From the NCBI GenBank assembly GCA_013239625.1, contig MU053758.1, positions 2,418,001 through 2,482,000 on the forward strand: 64,000 nucleotides of DNA. Direction: 5' to 3'. A program made the position numbers and the translations under genes. This DNA is from Lama guanicoe (Eukaryota). Positions 34,852 through 64,000 of the stretch are shown here, one piece after another. The notes beneath the pieces are model-generated. The model saw nothing but the letters and a program-made list of their open reading frames with translations, did not search any database and had not been told where the DNA came from. Each line of letters opens with the position of its first letter. Positions within the stretch are counted from its first letter, which is position 1.

Positions 34852-36467
34852 AAGAATTTCCATTGCTACCCTCCTACCTTAAAATAGTTCTTAGTATCAA
34901 AAGAGGTTAACACAAGCCACCTAAGTCCCTGAGGTTGAAGTCCTAACACAGCGCCCTTACCCCCAGGGAGGGGCAAGAGGGCAGGGAAAGAGCAAGAATC
35001 CAGACTCCCTGCTCCAATCACAGAGACTGCCTTTGAATGGAAAGTTTCTGTAGCTCCACATTCTATCCTTGTGAAGCAGGAATGTGCTATGGCTGCCGGC
35101 AACTGGCAGGGGTCACCTTTACCAGGGTGTGGGTACAGCATGGCCCCTGCCTGCCTCCAGGAAGATGGGAAACCCAACCAGGCCACAGGCCTTCTCCCCT
35201 CCTCCCTCAGATTGCCCCCCTCTCTCCCCCAGGGTCCGGCAGTGTCAAAGGGGCTTAGCAGGCAGGGCACTGGGGTAGGGGTGGCCACCATGTCTAGGCA
35301 AGGAGGATCCCCATTTTCCTTCCTCCCTCTGCCTCCCAAGGGGCTGATTCTGGAGGTTGTGCGGGAGCCCTGTGAGGTTTGTAAAGAAAGGAACACATAT
35401 ACACATGCAGCCTGGACACCCTCACTCCCAGCCGCATCTTGGGGACATCCTGGGGACACGGGGCTTTGTGCAGAGTTGGTGCACAATAAACGGTTGTCGA
35501 CAGTGATTCGATCCCCTCATCCTGCTCAACCTCCCCCCACTGTGTGGCCCTCACACTCACCTGCACTCACACTCAGTCTATGCATACCCCCCTCATCCAC
35601 ACTAACCTGCCTACCCCTCAACACACACACTTTAAAACCACTCTCACACACACACCACTTTCCACACTGCACAAGGCCAATGCTCTCACACACTGCCCGC
35701 CCCTCAGCATCCCACACACCCCAGGCCCACGTCCACCATCCTGTCACCTACACTCATGGTCTCCCTTACACACTCACATGCAGGCTTCCAACCACAACAG
35801 CAGCACAGGGGCCAGAGGGATCCTGGTCCTGGGCTCTCTGGGGTCCTAGCCCCAAAGGGAGAGTGTGGTGATGCCTCCTAGGGATCTGACAGGAGTAACA
35901 GTCTGGGTGAGACTGCTCCCCAATCCCAACAGCTTGGTCCCTCTAGATCCCATGGGGAGAATGAGACCTGCCTGCCTTGAAACTTGGGCAGCCAAAGAGC
36001 AAGCATCTAGTGCCACCTAGTGGTGCCCTGGAGGAGGGCACAGAGTAACAGAAGGGGACCTCACTGAATCTCCAAAGGCCTTTGGTGCCTGGTCTCCCAG
36101 TGAGACAGAGAGTTCCGGGAACTGCCCAGGCAGTGAGGAGGAAGCTGACAGGGAGGAAAGGCACCTCTCCTCTCGGTGGAGCTAAGAACACAGTCCCACC
36201 CTAGTTCAGCTCCAGGGACCACGGGGGTTGCCCATTTTCTAGCCCCAGATGTGATGAGGCCACATCTGAACCAATGCCAAGATCTGTGAGGGCCATGAGG
36301 GGGTGAGCAAGGGATGGGCAGGTTACATGATTCTGAGCCCACACCCTTCATGTCCAAGTTCAAAATGCTAAAAGGAAAAAATAAATCGTCTCAAGGAATG
36401 GGAGGAGAAGGGAAGCCAGCAGCGGAGGGACAGAATCCCCAAGTGGGCAGACCCACTTCCAGGGCCT

Positions 36468-48426
<11,959 letters not shown>

Positions 48427-48640
48427 CCCTTCACCCCGGTCCTCCTCCGGCGGAGGAACGTAGGAGCCTTCACTTCCGGAGTAACCGGAAATGCCTTGTG
48501 CTCTTTCGTCTACTCCCCGCTGACGTCCTCCCGAGTTTAAATAAAAGTTCCCGGATTTCTGTGGGCGCCGGCCCCGCCCCTCGCCTTACTATTGTCTCCG
48601 CGTAACAGGCGACGGGGTTAGGGAGAGGGGGACGCCAGGT
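48427..48640. promoter_or_regulatory. PGAP3 CpG promoter, likely bidirectional
   Basis: Opposed ETS/GABP motifs ACTTCCGG 48472-48479 and CCGGAAAT 48485-48492, CRE-like TGACGTC 48521-48527 and GC box GGCCCCGCCCC 48570-48580. Confidence 0.8.
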
Positions 48641-49509
48641 GGGTTAAGAAGCAAAATAAAGTGGTCTTTTATGAACAGCCGTCTTCTTTCTTCCCCAGGG
48701 TCTATTTGAGATAGGGCTATTTTTCTGTCCCCAGCCCTGTCAGATTTCCACTTCCTAATGTATTAAGAACTGTCCCTTTTTCTCCATCTTCACTGGCACC
48801 ATCCCCCTGGTTAAAGACATAATCATTTGTCGCCGAGGCAGCCGCAGTAGGCTATTAACACACCCTGCATCTACTTATACCCCCTCCACTCCGCGCTCTA
48901 TTTCCAAAAATTCTAATTTGACCATGTCATTTTCGTTCTTAAAATTCTTTACTGGCTCCTACTTGCCTCAGGATAAAATCATAACTCCACAAGCATGAGC
49001 TGGCCCCTGCGCATTGGTCTCCCTCACTCCTCTGCCTCAGACCCACCTCAAGGAGCTATGTCTCTCAAGCCCCCTCGCTTTGCCTCGTCTGCTTCACTCT
49101 TACTCTCACTCCTGCTGATTCTCCTAGTCTCAATTTAAACACTACTTCTGAGGGTGATACAACATACAGTAGTCTGTTTTCCCAGGGAGGGTGGGGACGT
49201 CCGCTGTCTTGTTTACCATTCTATTACCAGCACTAGCACAGAATTACAGAATTTGGCTCACGGTAGGCGCTAGGAACATGTTGGTTTTGGGAGGTCTTTT
49301 CTTTTTGTTTGTTTAAGTGAATGAACAACGTAATTCAGCGTTAAGATTTTGGGTGCCAAACCAGAGCTGTCAGATCACCAGCGTAATTCAGACCACCTGA
49401 GATAGCAGAGGTGTAGTATTTTAAGGAAAATTAAGAGGAAGACCGTTGGGAATAGGAGGATACTAGCTTTAGTATCACCTCTCCTCCCCACACTACCACC
49501 AGCGCGCGT

Positions 49510-49512
<3 letters not shown>

Positions 49513-49585
<73 letters not shown>

Positions 49586-49616
49586 CTATTTCATAGAAAC
49601 AGTGACACCTTGTAGA

Positions 49617-49698
<82 letters not shown>
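49513..49698. repeat. Compound (CA)n microsatellite
   Basis: (CA)35 at 49513-49582, a 36-nt spacer, then about (CA)40 with one TA interruption at 49619-49698. Confidence 0.98.
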
Positions 49699-49699
<1 letters not shown>

Positions 49700-49914
49700 C
49701 CATCTCATTGAAACATTAACACCTCGTAGCCAGATGCATAATTTGTGTGTGTGTGTAGGTTAATGACTGCCTTTCCTCTGCCCTACTCTCTTCATTCCTG
49801 GTCAACTTTTCCTTTTTATCTCGAGAATTGGAATGAGCTGGAAGTTAAATTGGATCCTATTCATTCACTTGTTCAGCAAACATTTCCTGAGCCCTTAGCC
49901 TTAGCACCAAGCTA

Positions 49915-50065
49915 GGCAAGGCACGGCTCCAGGGAGCACCATTCATATTGTATTTTCTTTGAATGGCGCTCAGGGGAGCCCCATTCACATTGTATTTTCT
50001 GTGAATGGTGACTTTTCTAATTAAATATAACATGAATAGTGTCCCCTGGAGTTGAGCACCCAGTT
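49915..50065. mobile_element. MER91-like hAT MITE remnant with a duplicated core
   Basis: CTCCAGGGAGCACCATTCA...GTGAATGG...CCCCTGGAGTTG resembles the palindromic MER91 core as I recall it. Confidence 0.5.
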
Positions 50066-51199
50066 GATAATTGATTGGGAAGCTGAAATGAACAAAACAA
50101 CAACTCAGCCCTCCAGGAGCTGACCGGAAACAACTGAGTGCTAATATGAACTTTGCACCTGATAGATCAGTCCTTTTATAATACATTATTTTATTTTGTC
50201 CTTACTATAATGCTGGGATTAATCTTTTTATCAGGATCCCCATATAAAGATGAGGAAATTTATGACTAAAGAAGATGAAATACTGAAAAAGCAGGGCTTC
50301 TTTTGAGAGAACTCTGAGGTAGAGATAGGGCTCTTTTAAAAATTTTAAGGTTCCAATTTTGGAAGCCTCATCCTATATTATATCAAACATACTAAAATGT
50401 GGCAGCACCCATATTAAGTAAAATCTATAACAGTATATAGTTGAATTGAGTTGCTGTAAATAGTTGACATATTGTTACATTTTGTACACATTTAATAAAA
50501 TTTTTTTGTAGTTTTGTTATATTTTGGAGCTAACATTGAAAATTTGTTCAGGTCTCAGACATTTCATAGGTCCTTGAAAACTCATGGCTACACACCTGAT
50601 GGAGAACACAGTCCTAGATTAAAGGTAGAGAGGGCAGTGGAGACATCTGTCATGTCGTCCTAGCAGGAGATGAGGTGTGGTTTCTCTGGGACATCTCTTG
50701 AGGGTTTTTCCTGCCAGAACAGCCCTACACAATTACCAGGCTTCTCTGAGTGCCCACTTTTCAGCCCAGAGATTTCCCCCCTTCCTTCCCCACGGAGCCC
50801 CCTCAGCTTAATCTGCTTCCTAACTTGCATTTGGTTTCCTATGTGAGTCATAGGCTGCAAAGCCTTTGATTCATTCCTTCAATTCAGTTTTATTGAGCCC
50901 TACTGGGTGTCAGTCACTGCACTAGGGAAAAGAAGAGATAAATCAGAAATTGTTCCCAGTCCAGGGAAGAGAAAGACAAAGCAAATAGTACAGTGTGCTG
51001 AGGGCTCATGAGCAAATTGGCCATATTCTTAGAACAAAAACTGAGAGATATTCTACAATGAGGTTTACTTATTCATCAACAATTTTTTGCAGTTACCATA
51101 TGCAGGTGTCGGGGGACAGAATGATGAATAGGGTACTGTCCTCAAGATCAGAGGAAGGAGACAGGCAATAAATGAGTATCAAACAAAAGACGAAAATAA

Positions 51200-52070
51200 T
51201 TTTACTGTTAATGTAAGGTCACATTAGTATGACCACTATGTAGGATAAATTAGCACCATCAGACTGTAAAATATACATACCCTTTAATCCAGTAATTTGC
51301 ATAGATCCTCTAACCAGGAATTTCTCTCCTAGGTATATTAATATTAGTTTTGTGATTTTATTAGGTGTTTTTTTGTTTGTTTGTTTGTTTTTGTTTTTGT
51401 TTTTTTGGTGGAGGAGGGGGACAGGTAATTAGATTTATCTATTTATTTAATTTATTTTTTAAATAGAGTTCCTGGGGATTGAACCCAGAAACTCATGTAT
51501 GCTAAGCATGCACTCTACTACTGAGTGCATGCTTCTACCTTCCCCCCTCTCCTAAGTATACCTACACAATCTTGAGGTATACCTACACAAGTGCAAAAAT
51601 GGGATGAGTACAAAGCTATTCATGGCAGCACTGGTGATTATTTTCAATAACAACAACAACAAAAAAGGAAACAACTAAACATCCAGCAATAGGGAATGAA
51701 TTGCATGAATTGAGGGAGCTCCTTATAATTACAATAGAATGCTGAACAGAAGTTAGTAAGAATGGGGCAGATTTATAATGTACTGACATGGAAAAACCTG
51801 CATGGTATTTTTGGTAAGTATAAAAATCAAGATATAGAACAGTATACTTGTGTGTCTGTACACTTCACCTCATGTGAGAAAAAATAAGAGCATATATTAT
51901 ATATTTTCTTTTTTTAGAAAATATATCTAAAAGATATATAAGAAAGTGGAAATAGTTGTTGCCTCTAGGGAGAAGTGGAACTGTGTGACAGGAAAGCAAG
52001 AAACAATTTTTATTGTACTTTTAGAACTTTTTGCTGTCTGTATATGCCATCAGTTAAAAACAAAGGGAAA
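51200..52070 (+). mobile_element. Old L1 (L1M-type) 3' region, interrupted by a younger SINE
   Basis: ATACATACCCTTTAATCCAGTAATT...ATTCATGGCAGCACTG...GGAAACAACTAAACATCCAGCAATAGGGAATG...ACTGACATGGAAA. Confidence 0.65.
51338..51546 (-). mobile_element. tRNA-derived SINE (same family as 2111-2251), reverse orientation
   Basis: CTGGGGATTGAACCCAG (reverse B box), AGGTAATTAGATTTATCTATTT (reverse of the AAATAGATAAACCTAATTACCT segment in the first copy) and a T-rich tail. 14-nt target-site duplication CTCTCCTA(G/A)GTATA at 51324-51337 and 51547-51560. Confidence 0.88.
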
Positions 52071-52129
52071 ATGCAGAAAGGACAATTTCATGTAGTCACA
52101 AGGGTCGAGTTATATCTAGGGAGGGAGGG

Positions 52130-52700
52130 CAGGGGAATGGGGAGGGAGGGGGAGGCTACTTTGGACTGGATGGTTAGAGGTCTTTTGGAGAAAGTGACAT
52201 TTGGGCTGAAACCCGCATGACTAGAAGGAACCAGCCCTGCTAACACCTGGGGGCAGATTGTTCTAAGTTGAGGGAACAGTCAGCGCAAAGGCCCTAAGGC
52301 AGGGACAAGCTTGACATCTTTGAAGACAGAAAAGAAGCCTGTGTGGCTGGAAGGCTGTGAGATTGAAGTGAAGGCCAGAGACCAGGTTCTATCTGGTCTC
52401 AGGTCATGGTGAAGTGTTTAGGCAATGGGAAGCAACTGGCAGGTGTTTCAGCACAGGAGGGAATGAAATGATCAGATTTATGTTTAAAAAACTGACTGGT
52501 TATTGGGGGGAAACGCGGGATTGAAAGGGGGCAAGAGCAGCAGAGGGAAGATGAAAGGCTAGTGCTTTGGCCTCGAGAAGAACTGACAGAGGCTTACATT
52601 AGCTGGTGCTAGAGGTGGGGAAAGCTGAGATGTATTGGAAGAGGAATTGCTGGATCTTAAAGATGATTGGATGGAAAGAGAGGCATCAGCAATGTTGGTC
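52130..52700 (-). mobile_element. L2 remnant
   Basis: GGAGAAAGTGACATTTGGGCTGAAACC...GAGGGAACAG..GCGCAAAGGCCCTAAGGCAGG...ATGATCAGATTTATGTTTAAAAA. Confidence 0.65.
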
Positions 52701-55370
52701 CAGTGAATGAAATCATCTGAAACTGGAATTGTCCCTCCAGATCAGGACTTCGTGATTGCCATAGTTTTATGCTTCTGGAAGCTTCCTAGTCTCTTCTCCA
52801 ACCAAAAGCCATAGGCAAGAGTTTCCTAGTCATCTGTATCTACAGCAGCAAGTGAGGTGAGCTTGGGATCCTGAACGTTTGAATGGAACAGGAAGACTGA
52901 GTGCTTGTGAAACAAAGAATCTGCTAAAGAGATGACTCAGTGGGGCTTTCAAGGGACAAGTGTAGGGGTTGAAAGGGTTGCCACCCCCCGCACCAAATCC
53001 TAAAACACTGTGACCAGGAACCATTCGGTCCAAATCTCTCATATCTCAGACGGCAAAGTGAAGCCTTATTCAAGGCCACACAGCCCAGATACTGCCCATG
53101 GGAAGACCCCCTACATGGTAAGCAATCAGTACAAACACAGGGACAGCACAGGACATGGGATCACAGACAGCTGTGTGTGCACAGGCCAAGGTGGAAGTCA
53201 CAGGTACTTCATGCACATGATTAAAGCCAGGTGAGGCCAAGAGCACAAGAGTGTTTTTTGTCTTGGCAAAGTAGCCTAGGGAGGGGGGAAGGCAAACTCA
53301 CCAGGCTTTGGGCCTGCAATCCTGAGATGGGGGTGAGGGACTGAGGGAGGCCAGCAGTGTGCCCAGGGTCTGCTGTGTCAGTTTGGGCTCTGCTCCTTTG
53401 CTACCCTGGGGACCCAACAGGGGCTAACCCTGGGCCCGGAGAGTGGCCTCCCAGGGGTTAGGTTGCAAGCATTCTGAAAAGGCCACCTTAACAAAGGACA
53501 GTTTTTCTTATCAGAAGCTTCAAGATTATTACTCTCCTGTGGCCCCAGAGAGGCCTTGTGCCTACTCTCAGGGGAATCCTTCCAACTAATTCACACAGGC
53601 AATTTCCCAGCAAACCATGCCCTTGTGGGGTAGGCCCCAGTTTGTGGCCTGGACCTCGAACTGTGGACTGTCTCCTCCCTTTTTCTGTTTGTTTTCAGTC
53701 CTCTGACCCCAGACTGGCTGGTGAGGTAGGCAGAGAGGAGGAGACTCTGGTGCCAACACACACACACACAGAGCCTCCTGTTCCCCCTGTCTCAGGGGCT
53801 GGTCAATGATTGACTGGCATTTCACAGGCCGCTGGTTCCAGACCCCTGTTGACCCTTTGAGGTCAACCTCCCTAAGCCAGAGCCCCTTCCTACCTCTTCA
53901 GTGCCAGTGGTCGCCTCCACTGCTCGCAGACCCAGTACCTGCCACCTAAAGGTATCTGCAGGCAGATCTCATGCACCGCCCTCTGCCCTTTGGTTCGCTG
54001 CCCTCTGTCCTGCAGACACCCCTCTCCTCTGCAGCTGTCTCTCTCTCCCCAGGCCCCTCACTGGACTCTTCTGGCAAACTCTCAGGTCAGCCCAGTCCCC
54101 TGGCCCCCTCCCTTCTCCCCCTGAGGCTCCCCTCTGCCTTTGTCCCTCAGACATCCCCTTTCCTTGGCTGTCCTGCCAGGCCGTGCTGGAGGGGCAGTTG
54201 AAGGGAGAAGCGAAATGGCAGCGGCAGTGCTTACCCTGCCCCCCTTCCTCTCCTCTTGTCAAACAGCAGACAAGGTTTTTTCCCCTTCCTTCCTGGCCCT
54301 GAATGGGCTCATTCTTTTTGGGAAACTCAGCCCCTCTGGAGCCTCCTCCCGGGGCGTGAGTTCTGACCCCCGCTCCTCCCCCATTCCCACTCCAGCCACC
54401 CCTCCTGCTGGCTCCGCTCTCCCTCAGCAGCCCACTAGGGCTCAGCATTGTTTCCTCCTGGGATCTGGGATACGGAGAGGGTGGGCTTGTCTGGTGGGGC
54501 AGAAGTAGGGGGTAGGGTGGGGAGGCAAGATCTTTATGGAGGAAGGGATCAGTATTCACTCAGATTTCTTGGAGGACCCCACCTCTGACTCCTCTACAGG
54601 AGCCCTCAGGGAAAGTGGGTTCATATACCTTTGATTCGGGATTCTGGAGCAGAAATGGATAAAACTGAAGCCTCCTGGCTCAGTTTCTGTTACCTTGGGA
54701 TCTCTTCTGCAAAAAAGTGAAAGATAATATCCCCTCCTCTGGCACCTGAGGGCTCAGTGAGATGAGGAGGGTAGCTCTAGGACAGAGAGTGGCACAGAGT
54801 AGGGAGGGGGTCCAGTAAAGGATGGCACCGCAGCATCTTTCCTGGCAGGATGAACCCTCCTAACACAATGGCAAGGAGCGTGGGGCCTGGGGGAGAAGGG
54901 ACATCTCTAATCCTGACGGTCTCTTGAAACTGCAATCTTGGGCGCCCAGTGCAAGCCCTCAGTATGTGACCAGCAAGTGACTCTTGGAGCTGGTGCAGCA
55001 TCTCCTCTCCCGGAAGGGCTGAGAGGCTGCGGGTCTGAGAAGCACTTTGACTAGGTCCTGGGCTGGGTGACAGGGTAAGGGTGAGAGGCTGGTTTTGCTG
55101 GCTATTCAGCTTTTCCCTCATTGGCCCTGAGAATGTCTTGAGCAAACTGGTTAATGTGTTTGTGAGCTTCACCCTGGAGAAAATAGGGATATTGATGTTC
55201 ATCCCGAAGGGCTCTGTGCCCCATACACAGCAGGATTTCTTGACTATTTGTGACCATAATCCAAAGAATAAATCCATTGTACCTCATCATCCAGGGCACA
55301 CATGCCGTTACCTACCTTACCTGTACTACATATGATACAGTGAATCTTTTCTATTCCATTCTGTATCTTA

Positions 55371-55415
55371 AAAACAAAACAAAACAAAACAAAACAAAAC
55401 AAAACAAAACAAAAC
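55371..55415 (+). repeat. (AAAAC)9 pentanucleotide repeat
   Basis: Nine perfect AAAAC units. Confidence 0.97.
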
Positions 55416-55674
55416 TTGTCTTGATCATTAAAATTGGCTTTACAACCAAGCTTCTAATGAATCCTGACCTGCAGTTTGAACATCGCTGGTTAGAGCTGGA
55501 GGGGGACTTACCATGGTGTTAAGGAGATGTAAGCTTCAATCCCCTCATTTGCAAGTATGTGTCTAATTTTGTATTCATACATTTGTTTTCCTTTTCTTAA
55601 CGAGTTACCCAAATTTCGTAAGCTTCAGACCCCACAAAACCTGGATCTGCCCAAGTATAAATAAACCTGTGACG

Positions 55675-55880
55675 GTTTATTGAGCAATTACCATGTGCTA
55701 AGTACTATTACTTACTATGAGCTTCAAGAGTATTATCTCCTTTAACCCCTAGCACGGTATGCCAGATGCTATTTGACAAGTGAGCAAACTAAGATCTAGA
55801 GTGGCTCGGTCACTTGCCCAAGCTCACACAGCTAACATGTGATGGAGTTGAGATTTGAACTGAGGTCATTCTGATCCCAG
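55675..55880 (-). mobile_element. MIR SINE
   Basis: TTTATTGAGCAATTACCATGTGCTAAG...CACTTGCCCAAGCTCACACAGCTA...GAGATTTGAAC. Confidence 0.75.
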
Positions 55881-56047
55881 GGTGCCCTGTTCTCAAGTCC
55901 CCTCCTGTGAAAGTGCCGGCCTAGACCCAAGCTAGGAATAAGGAAGCAGTTTAAGAAATGCTAATGTCCTTCCTTCTCCAGTCCCCAGTAGGTGCCTCTG
56001 ATCCCCTCTTGACCAGCACAGGCATCCTCTAGGCTGAGCATTCCAAA

Positions 56048-56150
56048 TAGAGTTGCCGGATATAGCAAATAAAAATAAAAATGCCCAGTTAAATTTGAAT
56101 TTCAGATAAACGACAAATAACTTAAGTATATTTTGTGCAATTATTTCGTT
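56048..56150. mobile_element. MER53-like DNA transposon, left arm
   Basis: TAGAGTTGCCGGATATAGCAAATAAAAAT...GCCCAGTTAAATTTGAATTTCAGATAAACGACAAATAA. Confidence 0.7.
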
Positions 56151-56729
56151 AACATTTCCAACAAAAACACACCTTCTTTCCATTCCCCCTCCCCACCCCC
56201 AGCCGGGCCTTAGGAACAGGGTCAGGGGTTCCAGGTGGAATGCAAAGTGGGGAGGTGGAATTGAGCAGGCTAATAAAAGACAAGGGACAGATAAGGAACC
56301 TTGGAGGAATTGGGTGCTGAGTGGTAAAGAAACAAGGATGTTCTTTGAAGGATTGAGATGAAGGTTTCTCCAATTTGACTCTCTCCCCAGACTTGTGGAC
56401 CCCCTTAAAACCATACTTTTCAGACTGGAAAAGATACCTAAAAGATTCAAGAAGGTATGCCAGGGAGTCCTTGAAGCCGCAGGTTAAACACAACACATTC
56501 CCTTTCTTGACTAGCAATTTTAGTTGAGGATGTGGTAGGAAAACCATTACTTGATATTAAAACAAATAGGCATGTGATGGAGTAAGATGCAAACGGCCAG
56601 GAATGTTCAAGATAAAACCTGCGACTTAAAAGAAAGTTAAGGATGTTGTAAGCTAGTTTGCTCCAGACTCCCGAGGGAGGGGGCGCGATTAGCCTCCTCT
56701 GTTTTGTCGGGTTCTCCATGGAAACGGCT

Positions 56730-56965
56730 GAGAACTGCTGCGGGCAACCCCGGCGTCCGGGGCGCTGGGAACAACGCACCCCAGGCCTGCGCGGAGAGAG
56801 GGAGAAAGTGAAGCTGGGAGTTGCCACTCCCAGGGACTTGCTGGAATGCGGTTGGAGGGGGTGGGGGGGGCGAGCTGTGAGCGCGCTTGCTCCCAATCAC
56901 GGGAGGAGGAGGAGGAGGTGGAGGAGGAGGGCTGCCTTGAGGAAGTACAAGAATGAAGTTGTGGA
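56730..56965 (+). promoter_or_regulatory. ERBB2 proximal promoter
   Basis: AP-2-like GCTGCGGGC 56737-56745, palindrome CTGGGAGT-tgcc-ACTCCCAG 56814-56833, CCAAT 56893-56897, GGA polypurine tract 56901-56931, ETS GAGGAA 56939-56944 and degenerate TATA position TACAAGA 56946-56952. Confidence 0.85.
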
Positions 56966-57114
56966 GCTGAGATTCCCCTCCATCGTGTCCACAGAGCCGA
57001 GAAGAGCTCGCGAGGCAGCCGGCCGCCCCTCCGAGGGGTGCCCTTTCCGGTGCAAGCGCCCGGCCCCCTCCCGTCGCCCGCCCGGCGCCCTGCCCGCCTG
57101 GTCCAGCCGGAGCC

Positions 57115-57135
57115 ATGGGGCCGGAGCCGCAGTGA
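57115..57135 (+). promoter_or_regulatory. ERBB2 upstream ORF (MGPEPQ*)
   Basis: gccATG GGG CCG GAG CCG CAG TGA ends 5 nt before the main ATG at 57141. It matches the known translation-repressing HER2 uORF. Confidence 0.9.
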
Positions 57136-57140
57136 GCACC

Positions 57141-63602
<6,462 letters not shown>

Positions 63603-64000
63603 TGAGCCCTCTGCTTGCAGATGGGTAGTAGAAGAGGGCTCTCCTCCCTGTACTTCCTCTTTTGCTGTGGCTCCTCAGCTGGGAAGTCCTTTCTTATGTC
63701 TAACCCCTTCCGTTCTACTGCAAGACCAGTTGACTCCCTCTCCATAATGTGGCTGGCCATGGACATCCTGGGTGGAATGCATCTGTTTCTCTCCTCAGTT
63801 TTTTTTCTCTCTTGCCAGCATGATCACCTGCCCTTGTCCAACTGCCCCAGCCTGTTCCTCTGCTTCCTGGAGTAATAAAAGGACCGGTGAATTCTAGGTT
63901 CAGTTCTGCCACTGACAAGCCATGCGAATGTGGTCCAGGCATCACTGGAACTCACTTTCCCTATCTGCATATTGGGAACAATAGGCATGCTTGGACTCCC

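Noticed and set aside
35071..35871. 266-aa + strand ORF, the longest unexplained ORF
   Set aside because: Antisense to the PGAP3 3' UTR, runs through CA-rich low-complexity sequence, has a non-ATG start and shows no recognisable domain.
49375..49703. Cys-Val repeat ORFs (also the CV/TH ORFs near 47015-47362)
   Set aside because: Translations of CA/TG microsatellites.
49926..50009. CRISPR-like palindromic direct repeats
   Set aside because: Only two adjacent units with no spacer, no cas genes, and a mammalian context; better explained by a MITE.

Overview
This is mammalian genomic DNA, not a microbial accessory region. It is the conserved syntenic block PPP1R1B(+) - STARD3(+) - TCAP(+) - PNMT(+) - PGAP3(-) - ERBB2(+). 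Two copies of a tRNA-derived SINE suggest a camelid (inference). I traced every coding exon by hand with GT-AG boundaries and consistent phase. The window holds the last five exons of PPP1R1B, complete STARD3 (446 aa), TCAP (166 aa), PNMT (283 aa) and PGAP3 (320 aa), and the first two coding exons of ERBB2. Introns and intergenic DNA carry MIR, L2, L1 and MER remnants, microsatellites and one 109-N assembly gap. I found no convincing new gene family, CRISPR array or unknown protein system; nearly all other ORFs in the track are GC-rich noise. The most notable signals concern transcript architecture. (1) The 50-nt leader of STARD3 exon 2 is stop-free and in phase with PPP1R1B exons 4-6, so a read-through DARPP-32-STARD3 fusion is encodable. 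(2) The same leader closes a strong-Kozak 6-codon uORF that exists only after splicing. (3) Candidate non-coding exons could link the PGAP3 promoter to ERBB2 exon 2, skipping the signal peptide. (4) The ERBB2 TATA position and the STARD3 poly(A) signal are degenerate. (5) Several small transposon events are clearly recorded. Comparisons with human sequence are from memory and need an alignment.
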